From: Anaerolineae bacterium
GTDB lineage: Bacteria; Chloroflexota; Anaerolineae; Aggregatilineales; J027
Length of the DNA stretch: 64,000 nt
Assembly (NCBI GenBank): GCA_021463865.1
Contig: JAJTXY010000010.1
Span: 85,857-149,856, forward strand
Direction of reading: 5' to 3'
Shown piece by piece: positions 29,181 to 40,190 of the stretch. How positions within the stretch are numbered: position 1 is the first letter of the stretch; each line of letters opens with the position of its first letter. Made by a program: the position numbers and the translations under genes. Under the pieces are notes generated by a model. The model saw nothing but the letters and a program-made list of their open reading frames with translations. It did not search any database and had not been told where the DNA came from.

Positions 29181-29699
29181 TTAAGACTGTGGTTTCCATT
29201 GTTCGATAAACGCCATGAACACTGCCGGATTATAAGACTGCCCTTCTTCCAATTCGGCGGTGTTTTGTGAATGCAAGAACGAACCATCGCTTTCCAAAAT
29301 ATAAAAATGGGGATAGCCCGCCGCCGCTGGAAACTGCTGCAAAAACGCATCATTGAAATTCTCTTGGCTGTAATTGACCTTTAGGATGACAAAATTCTGC
29401 CGTAGCGCCTGATTAATATCAGCACGCTGCTCAATGAACTCATCTAGGATATGACACCAACCACACCAATCGCCACCGATGTCCAGCAAAATCCGCCTGC
29501 CAGATTGTTGTGCCTCAGCCACAGCGTTGACCAAATCAGCGGCGGGGTCGCGTGTGGGATCATATTCCGCCACAAAAAAGAGCGGATAATCCGAAGTAGG
29601 GCTTGGTTCTGACCTGCCTGCTTTGTCGTTTTCAGCCGATTCACACCCCACTAGGAGCACCCCACAACCTATCACAATCCATAACATCCGCTTTTTCAT
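29181..29699 (-). CDS. Thioredoxin-family lipoprotein
   Basis: Lipobox LVGC, GDWCGWC, GYP. Confidence 0.85.
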   Translation of the reverse strand: MKKRMLWIVIGCGVLLVGCESAENDKAGRSEPSPTSDYPLFFVAEYDPTRDPAADLVNAVAEAQQSGRRILLDIGGDWCGWCHILDEFIEQRADINQALRQNFVILKVNYSQENFNDAFLQQFPAAAGYPHFYILESDGSFLHSQNTAELEEGQSYNPAVFMAFIEQWKPQS

Positions 29700-29853
29700 G
29701 CGATACCTGCTTTCATTTGGTGTTTTTTTACCATTCATACAATCCACGCTTGAAAGGGTCACACGGGTAAGTATAATCGGAACGTTTTTGGCTGACTTTT
29801 TTCCCAGCCGACTATCAACCTACACTGAAAAAAAATTCAAGAAAGTTGAACGC

Positions 29854-30846
29854 ATGGATATTCTGGTTACTGGGTCAATCGCTTTCGATTATTTAATGCG
29901 CTTCCCCGGCAAATTTAAAGAGTCCCTAATTGCCGAGGCCCTCGAAAAAATCAGCGTCAGTTTTCTTGTGGATGAAATGACCCGTCACTACGGCGGGGTC
30001 GCAGCCAACATCGCCTATAATTTGGCATTGCTTGGGGGTCGTCCCCGATTGATGGGCACAGCAGGCCGCGATTTTGGCGATTACAAAGTTTGGCTTGAAC
30101 AGGCGGGGGTAGATACCTCGACAGTCGTGGTCCTCACCGATGTTTTCACCGCCTCATTTTTTGCCAACACCGACCAAGAAAATAACCAAATTGCTTCATT
30201 TTACGCCGGGGCAATGGGCCGCGCAGGTCAATACAAAATCAACGATGTCACCAACAAAAGACCCGACCTTGTGGTAATTTCCCCCAACTCGCCCGATGCG
30301 ATGCAAAACCTTATCAATGAATGCGCCGAACACAAAATTCCATTTTTGTACGACCCTAGCCAGCAGGCCGCCCGTCTCGATGGTGATGCACTGCTGCACG
30401 GCATCGAACGCTGCAACATTCTAATGTGCAATGATTATGAGTGGGAAGTCATCGAAAAGAAAACGGGTCTCAGCCGTCCCCGCGCCATCAATACAGGCTT
30501 AACCTTGATTATCACACAGGGCAAAGAAGGCGCCCATATTTATCGGGACGGCGAAACCTATTATATTCCCCCTTATGAACCCGTTACCCCATTGGAACCC
30601 ACTGGTGTAGGCGATGCCTTCCGCGCAGGTGTCTTGCGTGGGCTAGATTTAGGCCTCCCGCCAGATATTTGTGGCCGCATGGGGTCGGTTGCCGCCGCAT
30701 TTGTTTTGGAAACCATCGGCACTCAAAATCATCGTTACACGACCGAGCAATTTGTGGCCCGTTATCGCACCGCTTTTGATGATGATGGAGCGCTGGATGT
30801 GTTGTTATCGTCTACTACACCAAAGGAAACACAAACAGCATCATGA
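29854..30846 (+). CDS. PfkB family kinase, adenosine kinase type
   Basis: VTGSIAFD, ISVSFLVD, GGVAANIAY, DPSQQ, PTGVGDAFRAG. Confidence 0.85.
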   Translation: MDILVTGSIAFDYLMRFPGKFKESLIAEALEKISVSFLVDEMTRHYGGVAANIAYNLALLGGRPRLMGTAGRDFGDYKVWLEQAGVDTSTVVVLTDVFTASFFANTDQENNQIASFYAGAMGRAGQYKINDVTNKRPDLVVISPNSPDAMQNLINECAEHKIPFLYDPSQQAARLDGDALLHGIERCNILMCNDYEWEVIEKKTGLSRPRAINTGLTLIITQGKEGAHIYRDGETYYIPPYEPVTPLEPTGVGDAFRAGVLRGLDLGLPPDICGRMGSVAAAFVLETIGTQNHRYTTEQFVARYRTAFDDDGALDVLLSSTTPKETQTAS

Positions 30847-31661
30847 CCACAGTCGCTAAAACTACTGAATATCAAGTACAGCGCGTTCAAGATCGCAACC
30901 TCCTGCGTGACTTTTTTACCCGCAACCGAGGTCTGCATGTGTACATGCTGGGCGATCTCGAAGATGCCATGTGGGAAATCAGCGAATTTACCGGAGCATT
31001 TAATGGGAAGGGGCTTGAAGGCGTCTCGCTGATTTGGCGTGGCGTCCAGACCCCAGTCTGTCTGGTAACTGGCTCATCGGATGCAGTGGATATGCTGCTT
31101 CAACAGCCGCAATTGCCCGAGAAAGTCTGGGCTATTATCCCCGGTGATTTATTTTCCACCTTCGAGCACTATTATGCCCCTGAAGAATCTGGCAAGCTGT
31201 GGCGGATGGTCGTCACCCCCACTGAATTTGTGGATGGCCCATCCAATCCCTATCTGCGTCGGCTGACTGGAGCAGATGCCGAAGCTGTCACACGCTTGGA
31301 AAGCATGGAACGCGGTGCCTTTGGCCGAGATACCACCTACACGCCCGCTATGCTGGACAACGGTGTTTTCTTTGGCATCACCGATAAAGAAGGCCAGATG
31401 ATTTCAGTGGCTGGCACGCATGTGGTCGCCACCAAGGAACGGGTGGGCGCAGTTGGGCATGTCTATACTGCACCATCGGAACGTGGGCGCGGTTATGCCA
31501 CCATGACAACCGCCGCCGTGACCCGCGAATTGTTCCGCATGGACATTAGCTTGGTGGCACTGAATGTGTTCCAAACCAATACGCCTGCGATTCGCGCCTA
31601 TAACAAATTGGGTTATCGAATCCACGCCCCCATCAATGAATGTGTCGCTATCAAACGATAG
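30843..31661 (+). CDS. GNAT family acetyltransferase (FR47-like)
   Basis: VGHVYTAPSERGRGYA..NTPAIRAYNKLGY. Confidence 0.85.
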   Translation: MTTVAKTTEYQVQRVQDRNLLRDFFTRNRGLHVYMLGDLEDAMWEISEFTGAFNGKGLEGVSLIWRGVQTPVCLVTGSSDAVDMLLQQPQLPEKVWAIIPGDLFSTFEHYYAPEESGKLWRMVVTPTEFVDGPSNPYLRRLTGADAEAVTRLESMERGAFGRDTTYTPAMLDNGVFFGITDKEGQMISVAGTHVVATKERVGAVGHVYTAPSERGRGYATMTTAAVTRELFRMDISLVALNVFQTNTPAIRAYNKLGYRIHAPINECVAIKR

Positions 31662-31708
31662 ATGAGTTTTACCTAAGTTTCGTGCGTCAGGTCTCGCTAA
31701 CATTTTAA

Positions 31709-32992
<1,284 letters not shown>

Positions 32993-33109
32993 TTTTAGCC
33001 TGAAGCCAGTCAAGCGTATGGTGAGCGTCGTTAATCGGCGCTCATTTTGCATTTAATCTGTGGTAAACTCGCTCGCCGAGGTTTTACGTATGTGAGGAGA
33101 AAATCTTTC

Positions 33110-35731
33110 ATGGCAAGAAAATTTTTTGCGGCATTTTTGGTGATAGCACTACTCATCACCGGATTTACCGCTGCAAGCATTACCAATGACCCAACACCCG
33201 CCTTCGCGCAATCCACCGACACGGTGTTACTGCGTTTTGTTCACGCTTTGCCAGATGGCGAGGCGGTAGATATTTATGTCAACGACGGGTTAGTTGTCCC
33301 AGCTTTAGCCTATGGACAAGCCACCCCTCATCTTGCTTTCCCAGTGGGTGACTATACATTGGCCCTTCGTCCGGCTGGCTCGGATGTAGCGGAAGACGCC
33401 ATTTTAAGTCAATCATTTAGTCTGGCCGCCAGCCGCACCGGGTATCGCCAAAACACCGCCGTTATCCAAGCGGATGAGGGTGGTAATCCGGCACTGGCCC
33501 TCTATTTCGATGATCTTGACCCGGCCACGCTTGGCTTTGCACGAATGCACCTCATTCATGCGGTAGCAGGCGTCGCCCCGATTGATTTGCAGCGTACCGA
33601 TGGCGCACCCATTTTGCAAGGTGTCACCTTCAATCAGGTGTCCGGTTCGGTCAATTTGCCTGTTGGCAACTATGATCTGGTCGTCACCGCCACTGGCGAT
33701 ACACCCGAAAACGCGCTACTGGCTGTCGGCAATATTGAGGTGAACACCAATTTGCTCTATACGGTGATTGTCATTGGGACGGCTTCTGGTGATCCTGCGC
33801 CAACCGCACTGGTACTCACCACTCCGTTCTTCAGCAACCCTGCCCAAGACGAAATCCTCGTCAGCATCGCACACGGCAGTGGGGATGCCCCCGCCGTTGA
33901 TGTATACGCCAACGATACACCTATCTTAGTCGGCTTGGAACCGGGAGATGTCACACCCCATATTCCAATGCCTGTGGGTACAGTCAAATTGTCGCTACGT
34001 GAAGCGGGAGCACTCCCGAACAGCGCCGCCGCCTTTGAATCCGAAGTGGATTTGAGCAGCGATTCCGGTGCAGCCACCATTGTCGCGTTGGGTTCGCTGA
34101 CGGATGGCACATTCAATTTCTCGCTGTTCACAGATGAGATTGCCGATTTGGACAGTGCCACCGCGCGTATCCATGTCATCAACACCATCACAACTGGCCC
34201 CGCCAATCTAGAATTGAGCGACGGCACAGCGTTGGCAAGTGCCCTTGCACCATTCGCCGCCTCCAACCCAGTAGATGTCCCCGCCGGTACCTATAGTGTA
34301 ACCGGCAGTTTTGACGAAGAAGCAGGCCCTGTATCCATTAGTCTGCCCGACCAAACCTTCGTCGGTGGCACTCATTACACCCTGCTTGTGTTTTCCGCCG
34401 CGACCCCCGGATTAGGTCTTGCGTATACCCCCATAAACACGGCCTCCAATAGCTTCACGGGTGCGGCTGCTCCAGAAGTGGTGGCAGCAGCGACTGAAGA
34501 ACCTGTCGAGGCGACACCTGTCACAACCGAAGCAACGCCCGTCGCCGTTGTTACCACCCCGCCGCCTCTCACACCGATTGCTACAACGCCCATTGCGGTT
34601 ACTCCTCCACCTGTGGTCTCTGCGCCACCTGCGACCCAAGCCTTTACCGGGGTAGTCAATTTGGATTCGGGTGTTAATCTGCAATGCCGTGAATATCCCA
34701 CCTCCGCTGCCTTCTCGCTCGGTCTGGTGCCCAATGGCTCAACGATGATTTTGCAAGGCTTTGCTGGCCCGATTGATCCGGAAGATGGACAACCCAACAC
34801 GCCGCTGGAACCCGGCGCATTTGATAACCCCGAACTAGCTCAAGATTTCAACGAGATTTGGTTGAACGCGGATTGGGCTGCACCACAAGGGGGCACAATT
34901 CGCTGCTGGGTGCGTGCCGATTTCTTGCAGATCACCTATAAGGGCCGTAATATCAATGATATTGGCAAGTTCTTTGAACTGGTCGAACTCGGCGAGATTG
35001 ACGCTGTGCCTTCCAACTATCCCGGTGGTGCGGTAGATGATTCTGCCGTTGTTGTGCCGCCGTCGGAAACCGCACCGCAACTACCTACCGCCACAGTTAA
35101 TCTGAATTCAGGTGTCAATCTGCAACTGCGCCGCACCCCTTCCATTCAAGCCGAATCGCTGGCACTAATTCCCGGTGGCACTGATCTGAGCGTGTTGTCC
35201 CGCACCGAAATCACCCCCGGCACAGAAATTGGCGCACCCCAATCCCCCGATTGGTATTTTGTCCAGTTCGCTACACCGGATGGGTCAGCCCTGATTACCG
35301 GGTGGGTCTCTGCCGATTTTGTGATTTTGACCTTCAATGGTCGCGCCATCACCGCCGAAGATGTTCCGCTGGCCGAAGACCCCCTACCCGTCGGTGAAAT
35401 CTTGGCTGGCACCGGCTCACCTGCTATCGCAGTACCCACCGAAGCGCCCATTGTTGGTCTTGTTTCCATACCCGGAGACGGCAATCTGAATCTGCGAGAT
35501 CGGCCTAGCACCGACGGCATCCTCGTCACCCCCATCCCCTCCGGCTCGACAGTGATCGTTTTGGGGCGCAATGGCGATGGCACATGGCTGAATGTCCGCT
35601 ATGAAATCGCGGGTCAAGGTGCTTCAACAGGTTGGGTCGCCACCGAATTTGTGACTGTGACACGTAGCGGTTCGGCCTTCCCGATCAATACTCTGTTGAT
35701 TACCAGCGGTGAAGCCGACTCGATGAACTAA
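33110..35731 (+). CDS. Exported DUF4397-repeat protein with PT-rich linker and three bacterial SH3 domains
   Basis: LRFVHALPDGEAVDIY-type repeats; VNLQCREYP, VNLQLRRTP, NLNLRDRP..GWV SH3b motifs. Confidence 0.8.
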   Translation: MARKFFAAFLVIALLITGFTAASITNDPTPAFAQSTDTVLLRFVHALPDGEAVDIYVNDGLVVPALAYGQATPHLAFPVGDYTLALRPAGSDVAEDAILSQSFSLAASRTGYRQNTAVIQADEGGNPALALYFDDLDPATLGFARMHLIHAVAGVAPIDLQRTDGAPILQGVTFNQVSGSVNLPVGNYDLVVTATGDTPENALLAVGNIEVNTNLLYTVIVIGTASGDPAPTALVLTTPFFSNPAQDEILVSIAHGSGDAPAVDVYANDTPILVGLEPGDVTPHIPMPVGTVKLSLREAGALPNSAAAFESEVDLSSDSGAATIVALGSLTDGTFNFSLFTDEIADLDSATARIHVINTITTGPANLELSDGTALASALAPFAASNPVDVPAGTYSVTGSFDEEAGPVSISLPDQTFVGGTHYTLLVFSAATPGLGLAYTPINTASNSFTGAAAPEVVAAATEEPVEATPVTTEATPVAVVTTPPPLTPIATTPIAVTPPPVVSAPPATQAFTGVVNLDSGVNLQCREYPTSAAFSLGLVPNGSTMILQGFAGPIDPEDGQPNTPLEPGAFDNPELAQDFNEIWLNADWAAPQGGTIRCWVRADFLQITYKGRNINDIGKFFELVELGEIDAVPSNYPGGAVDDSAVVVPPSETAPQLPTATVNLNSGVNLQLRRTPSIQAESLALIPGGTDLSVLSRTEITPGTEIGAPQSPDWYFVQFATPDGSALITGWVSADFVILTFNGRAITAEDVPLAEDPLPVGEILAGTGSPAIAVPTEAPIVGLVSIPGDGNLNLRDRPSTDGILVTPIPSGSTVIVLGRNGDGTWLNVRYEIAGQGASTGWVATEFVTVTRSGSAFPINTLLITSGEADSMN

Positions 35732-35756
35732 TTTCTCGTATCCAATTACGGGAATC

Positions 35757-35789
35757 AAAAAAGGGACGAATTCAACACTCGTCCCTTTT
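35757..35789. terminator. Bidirectional intrinsic terminator
   Basis: AAAAAAGGGACGA-loop-TCGTCCCTTTT between convergent genes. Confidence 0.8.
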
Positions 35790-35811
35790 AGTTTTGATAG
35801 TCAGGAATAGA

Positions 35812-36720
35812 CTATTGGCCTGCGTCGGGGCTGTTATATTGCCGTACTAGCGCGGCAACTTCGTCATAACTGCCACGTGTCGCCCGTTCTCCATTAGATG
35901 AAGTGAAAAACCGCCAATCAGCATCACTTTGCGACCCACCGGCACGATACACCACCGTGGGGGTGCTGTTGACGCCCAGCGTATTTTGCAGTTCACTGGC
36001 AGCGGCACGAACCTGCTGTCCATAATTGGAATTGATGCAAGACCGTAGCTCGTCGGTGTCCAACCCCATATCATCCGCTAATTCAATCAACCGGCTTGTG
36101 TTAAAGGCCTCATGTCCCTCTGCTTGGGCCAAGTCGAAGAGCTGGGTATGAAATTCCCAAAAAGCGCCCTGTTTATCTGCACATACCGCCGCATCCGTCG
36201 CTTTGGCAGAAAATGCGCCCCCCACAAACGTCATGGGGTAATACTCCAAGCGGGCCTGCCCCGTCCGCACAAAATCCTTGATAATCCGTTCCACTTCTGG
36301 GGCATATTCGGCACAGTGTGGGCAGGAAAAATCAGAGAATTCGGCAAATACAATCGGGGCACTGGGGCTGCCAATATAGGGGATACCCTCTTCCGTAACG
36401 CCACGTTCAACCCCTTCCATCACGTCCGAGGCCAGCTTCACACCAGCATCATCGCGCTTGGCTTCGTTTTGCAGATCGGCGGAGAGAGGAATCCCCGCAT
36501 AAGCGCTAAAGCAACCGGTATCCTCTATCCCACACACCTTTGTCGCTTCTTTTTGTGTCAAATAAATCACCGCCACCACCGCAATAATTGTGGCAACGAC
36601 GACTCCGCCAATCAATAACAACTGCTGCTGCTGTTTCTTTTGGGCCTTCTTTTTCGCCGCAATCCGTTGGGCGGTTGGTGGTTTTGGTGGCTTAGTTGTC
36701 GTTTTAGCCGGTTCTGCCAT
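35812..36720 (-). CDS. Membrane-anchored DsbA-family thiol-disulfide oxidoreductase
   Basis: IGSPSAP..EFSDFSCPHC, GVNSTPT, N-terminal TM helix. Confidence 0.88.
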   Translation of the reverse strand: MAEPAKTTTKPPKPPTAQRIAAKKKAQKKQQQQLLLIGGVVVATIIAVVAVIYLTQKEATKVCGIEDTGCFSAYAGIPLSADLQNEAKRDDAGVKLASDVMEGVERGVTEEGIPYIGSPSAPIVFAEFSDFSCPHCAEYAPEVERIIKDFVRTGQARLEYYPMTFVGGAFSAKATDAAVCADKQGAFWEFHTQLFDLAQAEGHEAFNTSRLIELADDMGLDTDELRSCINSNYGQQVRAAASELQNTLGVNSTPTVVYRAGGSQSDADWRFFTSSNGERATRGSYDEVAALVRQYNSPDAGQ

Positions 36721-36860
36721 GAAAATTCTCCTTACGTGATTCGGTTCTTCTCATTAATTACACAACGCCTAAAAAAAGGCTCACCCATTGTCCTAGATAA
36801 TGCAATGCTAGGCGAGACTAAGCATGTCACTATACCATACGGACTCTATTCCGTTTATCC

Positions 36861-37523
36861 TTAGTCTTGTAAAGATTCTCCTACATTTATAGCAGGTTTT
36901 GTCGCTCTTAGCCCTAATTTCAGGTAGGGAATCATCCATGCCACCTGTGTCTGATAATCCAAATAGGTTTGTCCAAAAGCCCGCTGTAGTTTTTGCTCCT
37001 CCAATAACGATCCCACTGCAAAATAGATTGTGACACCAACATACAACCCCAACATTCCAGTGGTCATTATCGGGCTGGGCCATAACAGCAACAGACTGAA
37101 AAAATAAAGAGGATGGCGCACCAACGCATATACCCCTCCTGTTTGCAGTGGTTCTTCTGGCAAGGGCAGCGGCTTGCCATTTTGCCATGCCACATATTGA
37201 CTCAGCCCCAAAAATCGCATCGTATCAATTTGCAGCAGCGATATAACTAACCCAATCAGACCAACCGCCTGTATACCCAGCAAAACATAGCTCAGCGGGG
37301 CATCCACTCGCCAAACCGTGTCCTCCAGATTTGCACCCATCACAATTAACACGGGCAGAAATGAAATCGTCGCCACCGCATTAAAAAACAGCCGATATAA
37401 CCCTTCATAAGCCCGTTGTCCAAACGCCGCTACAAACCACGCCTTGATCCCAAACGCCGCCAGCAAACTGTGAAAGGCCCCATAGACCAATATGACCGCC
37501 AATGCCAATAAGAACTCGTCCAT
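36861..37523 (-). CDS. ICMT/NnrU-family membrane methyltransferase (MddA-like)
   Basis: FHSLLA, G.YALVRHPLY, EEQKL..FG..Y..Y...V. Confidence 0.75.
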   Translation of the reverse strand: MDEFLLALAVILVYGAFHSLLAAFGIKAWFVAAFGQRAYEGLYRLFFNAVATISFLPVLIVMGANLEDTVWRVDAPLSYVLLGIQAVGLIGLVISLLQIDTMRFLGLSQYVAWQNGKPLPLPEEPLQTGGVYALVRHPLYFFSLLLLWPSPIMTTGMLGLYVGVTIYFAVGSLLEEQKLQRAFGQTYLDYQTQVAWMIPYLKLGLRATKPAINVGESLQD

Positions 37524-37607
37524 ACCAACCCTCTCTTTCTTCGCTAAAGTACCTCTAACTTGCTATCATTAATGGGCGATTTTTCACCACATTAGGATGG
37601 CTAGAAG

Positions 37608-38930
37608 ATGCACATTACCGACATTATTGTTCGCAAACGTGACGGCGGCGAACTTTCTACGGAAGAAATTAACTGGTTTATTGAAAATTATACCGCCGGG
37701 AAGGTCGCTGACTATCAAGCGGCGGCCCTGTGTATGGCGATTTTTTTCAGAGGCATGACGCGGCGTGAGATCAGTGATCTTACCCTTGCGATGGCCCGCA
37801 GCGGTGACCAAATAGATTTATCAGATGTCGTGCCCTTTGCCCTCGATAAACATTCCAGCGGTGGGGTCGGCGACAAAACCTCACTGGTGGTGCTGCCGAT
37901 TGTTGCGGCGTGTGGCGTCCCCGTTGCCAAGATGAGTGGACGCGGGTTGGGGCATACAGGCGGCACGATTGATAAATTAGAGGCCATTAGCGGTTTCCGC
38001 GCCGAATTTTCTAAAGAGGAGTTTAAGCGCCTTGCTCGTGAAAATGGTCTGGTGCTGGCGGGTCAATCCGGGGAACTTGCCCCTGCTGACAAACTCCTCT
38101 ATGCCTTGCGCGACGTAACTGGAACGGTGGACAGCCTACCCCTCATCGCCAGCAGCATCATGTCAAAAAAATTGGCGGCGGGCGCAGATGCGATTGTGCT
38201 GGATGTCAAAACGGGCAAAGGCGCATTTATGGCAAACGTAGACGACGCACGCGAATTGGCCCGCACGATGGTGGATATTGGCGTAGATGCAGGTCGCAGC
38301 ATGGTCGCCCTCATTTCGGACATGAATCAACCACTCGGCAAAATGGCAGGCTTGGCATTGGAAGTCCGAGAGGCTATCCAAACCTTGCAGGGCGAAGGGC
38401 CAGCCGATTTTACCGAGCACTGCCTTGTCGTCGCCGCCCATATGCTGCATCTTGCCCCTAACAGCGGAGTAGACACTTTTGAAGCCGCCTATGCCGCCGC
38501 CGAACACTGTCTGCACGACCAAAGCGCCTTTCGACGTTTCCGCAGCATGGTGGAAGGACAAGGTGGGGACGTGTCGCAGGTGGATGATGTCAGCCGCCTA
38601 CCCGATGCCTCATTGATTGAATCGGTCACAGCCACGCATGACGGCTATTTGGCAGATTTGAGCGCCCTCGAAGTCGGCCTTGCAGTGGTGCGATTAGGCG
38701 GCGGGCGTGAGAAAAAAGGCGACCCGGTAGATTACGGTGCGGGGGTCGAGACCCATCATAAAATTGGCGATCCAGTAAAGTCTGGCGATCCTTTATTCAC
38801 GATTTATGCCAACGAACCCGCCAAACTTGCCGAGGTCAAATCGCATTTAGGTACGGTAGCCAAGTTGAGCAATTCGCCCGTTGACCCCCTACCCCTGTTT
38901 TATGATACCATCACGGGCCGACCCGCATGA
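37608..38930 (+). CDS. pdp: Pyrimidine-nucleoside/thymidine phosphorylase
   Basis: DKHSSGGVGDK, KMSGRGLGHTGGTIDKLE, YALRDVT, SIMSKK. Confidence 0.93.
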   Translation: MHITDIIVRKRDGGELSTEEINWFIENYTAGKVADYQAAALCMAIFFRGMTRREISDLTLAMARSGDQIDLSDVVPFALDKHSSGGVGDKTSLVVLPIVAACGVPVAKMSGRGLGHTGGTIDKLEAISGFRAEFSKEEFKRLARENGLVLAGQSGELAPADKLLYALRDVTGTVDSLPLIASSIMSKKLAAGADAIVLDVKTGKGAFMANVDDARELARTMVDIGVDAGRSMVALISDMNQPLGKMAGLALEVREAIQTLQGEGPADFTEHCLVVAAHMLHLAPNSGVDTFEAAYAAAEHCLHDQSAFRRFRSMVEGQGGDVSQVDDVSRLPDASLIESVTATHDGYLADLSALEVGLAVVRLGGGREKKGDPVDYGAGVETHHKIGDPVKSGDPLFTIYANEPAKLAEVKSHLGTVAKLSNSPVDPLPLFYDTITGRPA

Positions 38931-40190
38931 CTATTTACGATGCCCTCATTGTGGGTGCGGGGGCAGCAGGTCTGGCAGCAGGGCGGATATTACACGATGC
39001 CAGACGCTCGATTTTGATGCTCGAAGCACGTGATCGTATCGGCGGACGCATTCACACCGACTATGATTTCGCTGTCATCCCCATCGAATTTGGCGCGGAA
39101 TTTATTCATGGCGACCATGCCGTTACGGTGGATTTGGTCAAATCGGCGGGTCTGCATACCCTACCCGTCGTGCGAATGGGTAATTTACGCTGGTCGGATG
39201 GCAAAAATCCCGCCCTACCCCTTGCCCAATTGCCCGACCCGTTGCGCCAAACACTGACCGGACTGCTGCAAGCCTATGACCAACTATCCGAAGCATGTAT
39301 CACTGGCGGATTATTTGTGGGGACGTGGTTGGGCATGGGACGCACTCATAGCGGCAGATGTCTTGTTAGCCCAAACCTGCTGCGCCAGCATTGAAACCCT
39401 TAGCTGCCACGACCTCATCCGTGAAATGAAATCTGATACGGCAGGTCATGGCGAATCGCGCATCCGTGAGGGCTATGGCAGGTTGTTAGATTGGTATCGC
39501 GCCGATTACCCCATCCACTTCAATTCGCTGGTTCAAGAAATCCAATGGGGCGATGATGGCGTAAGGGTCATTTCCAATGGGCAGTCTTATCAAGCCCGCA
39601 CCTGTATCATCACCATACCCGTCAGCCTTCTTCAAAATGGCACAATTCGCTTTACCCCATCGCTACCTTCCGATAAACAATGGGCCATCAATGCCTTTCG
39701 TATGGAGGCCGCCACCAAATTGATTTATCGTTTCCGCGAACGCTTGTGGGATGAAAACCTGACCTTTATCGCCCATACGGGATTGACCGCGCGGTGGTGG
39801 ACGCCAAGTTATGGACGCGAGGAGGACGCTGTGATCGCGTGTTACGTCACCGCTGAACGGGCGCAAAAAATTGACGCACTGGATGAGACCACTGCACTGG
39901 ATATGGGGTCACAGGAACTCAGCGCTCTACTTGACATTCCATTGAAAGAATTACAGAAGGGCGTCCTTGCTTCTAAGCGGCTGGCATGGGCGGCTGACCC
40001 ACTGGCATTGGGTGGCTATGCCCATGTTCCCCCCGGCATGGCAGAATGTCGCCCTCTGTTAGCCCGACCAGAAGGCAATCAGCTATTTTTTGCGGGTGAG
40101 GCGACGGCCTACGACACTAATCCACAAACCGTACACGGCGCAATTGAAAGCGGTTGGCGTGCGGCGCGGGAATGTCTAGCCGTCCTTTAA
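38927..40190 (+). pseudogene. Flavin-containing amine oxidase, frameshifted near 39290
   Basis: N-half GAGAAGL..EARDRIGGR..GAEFIHG in one frame; C-half ..FFAGEAT..TVHGAIESG in another frame. Confidence 0.75.
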
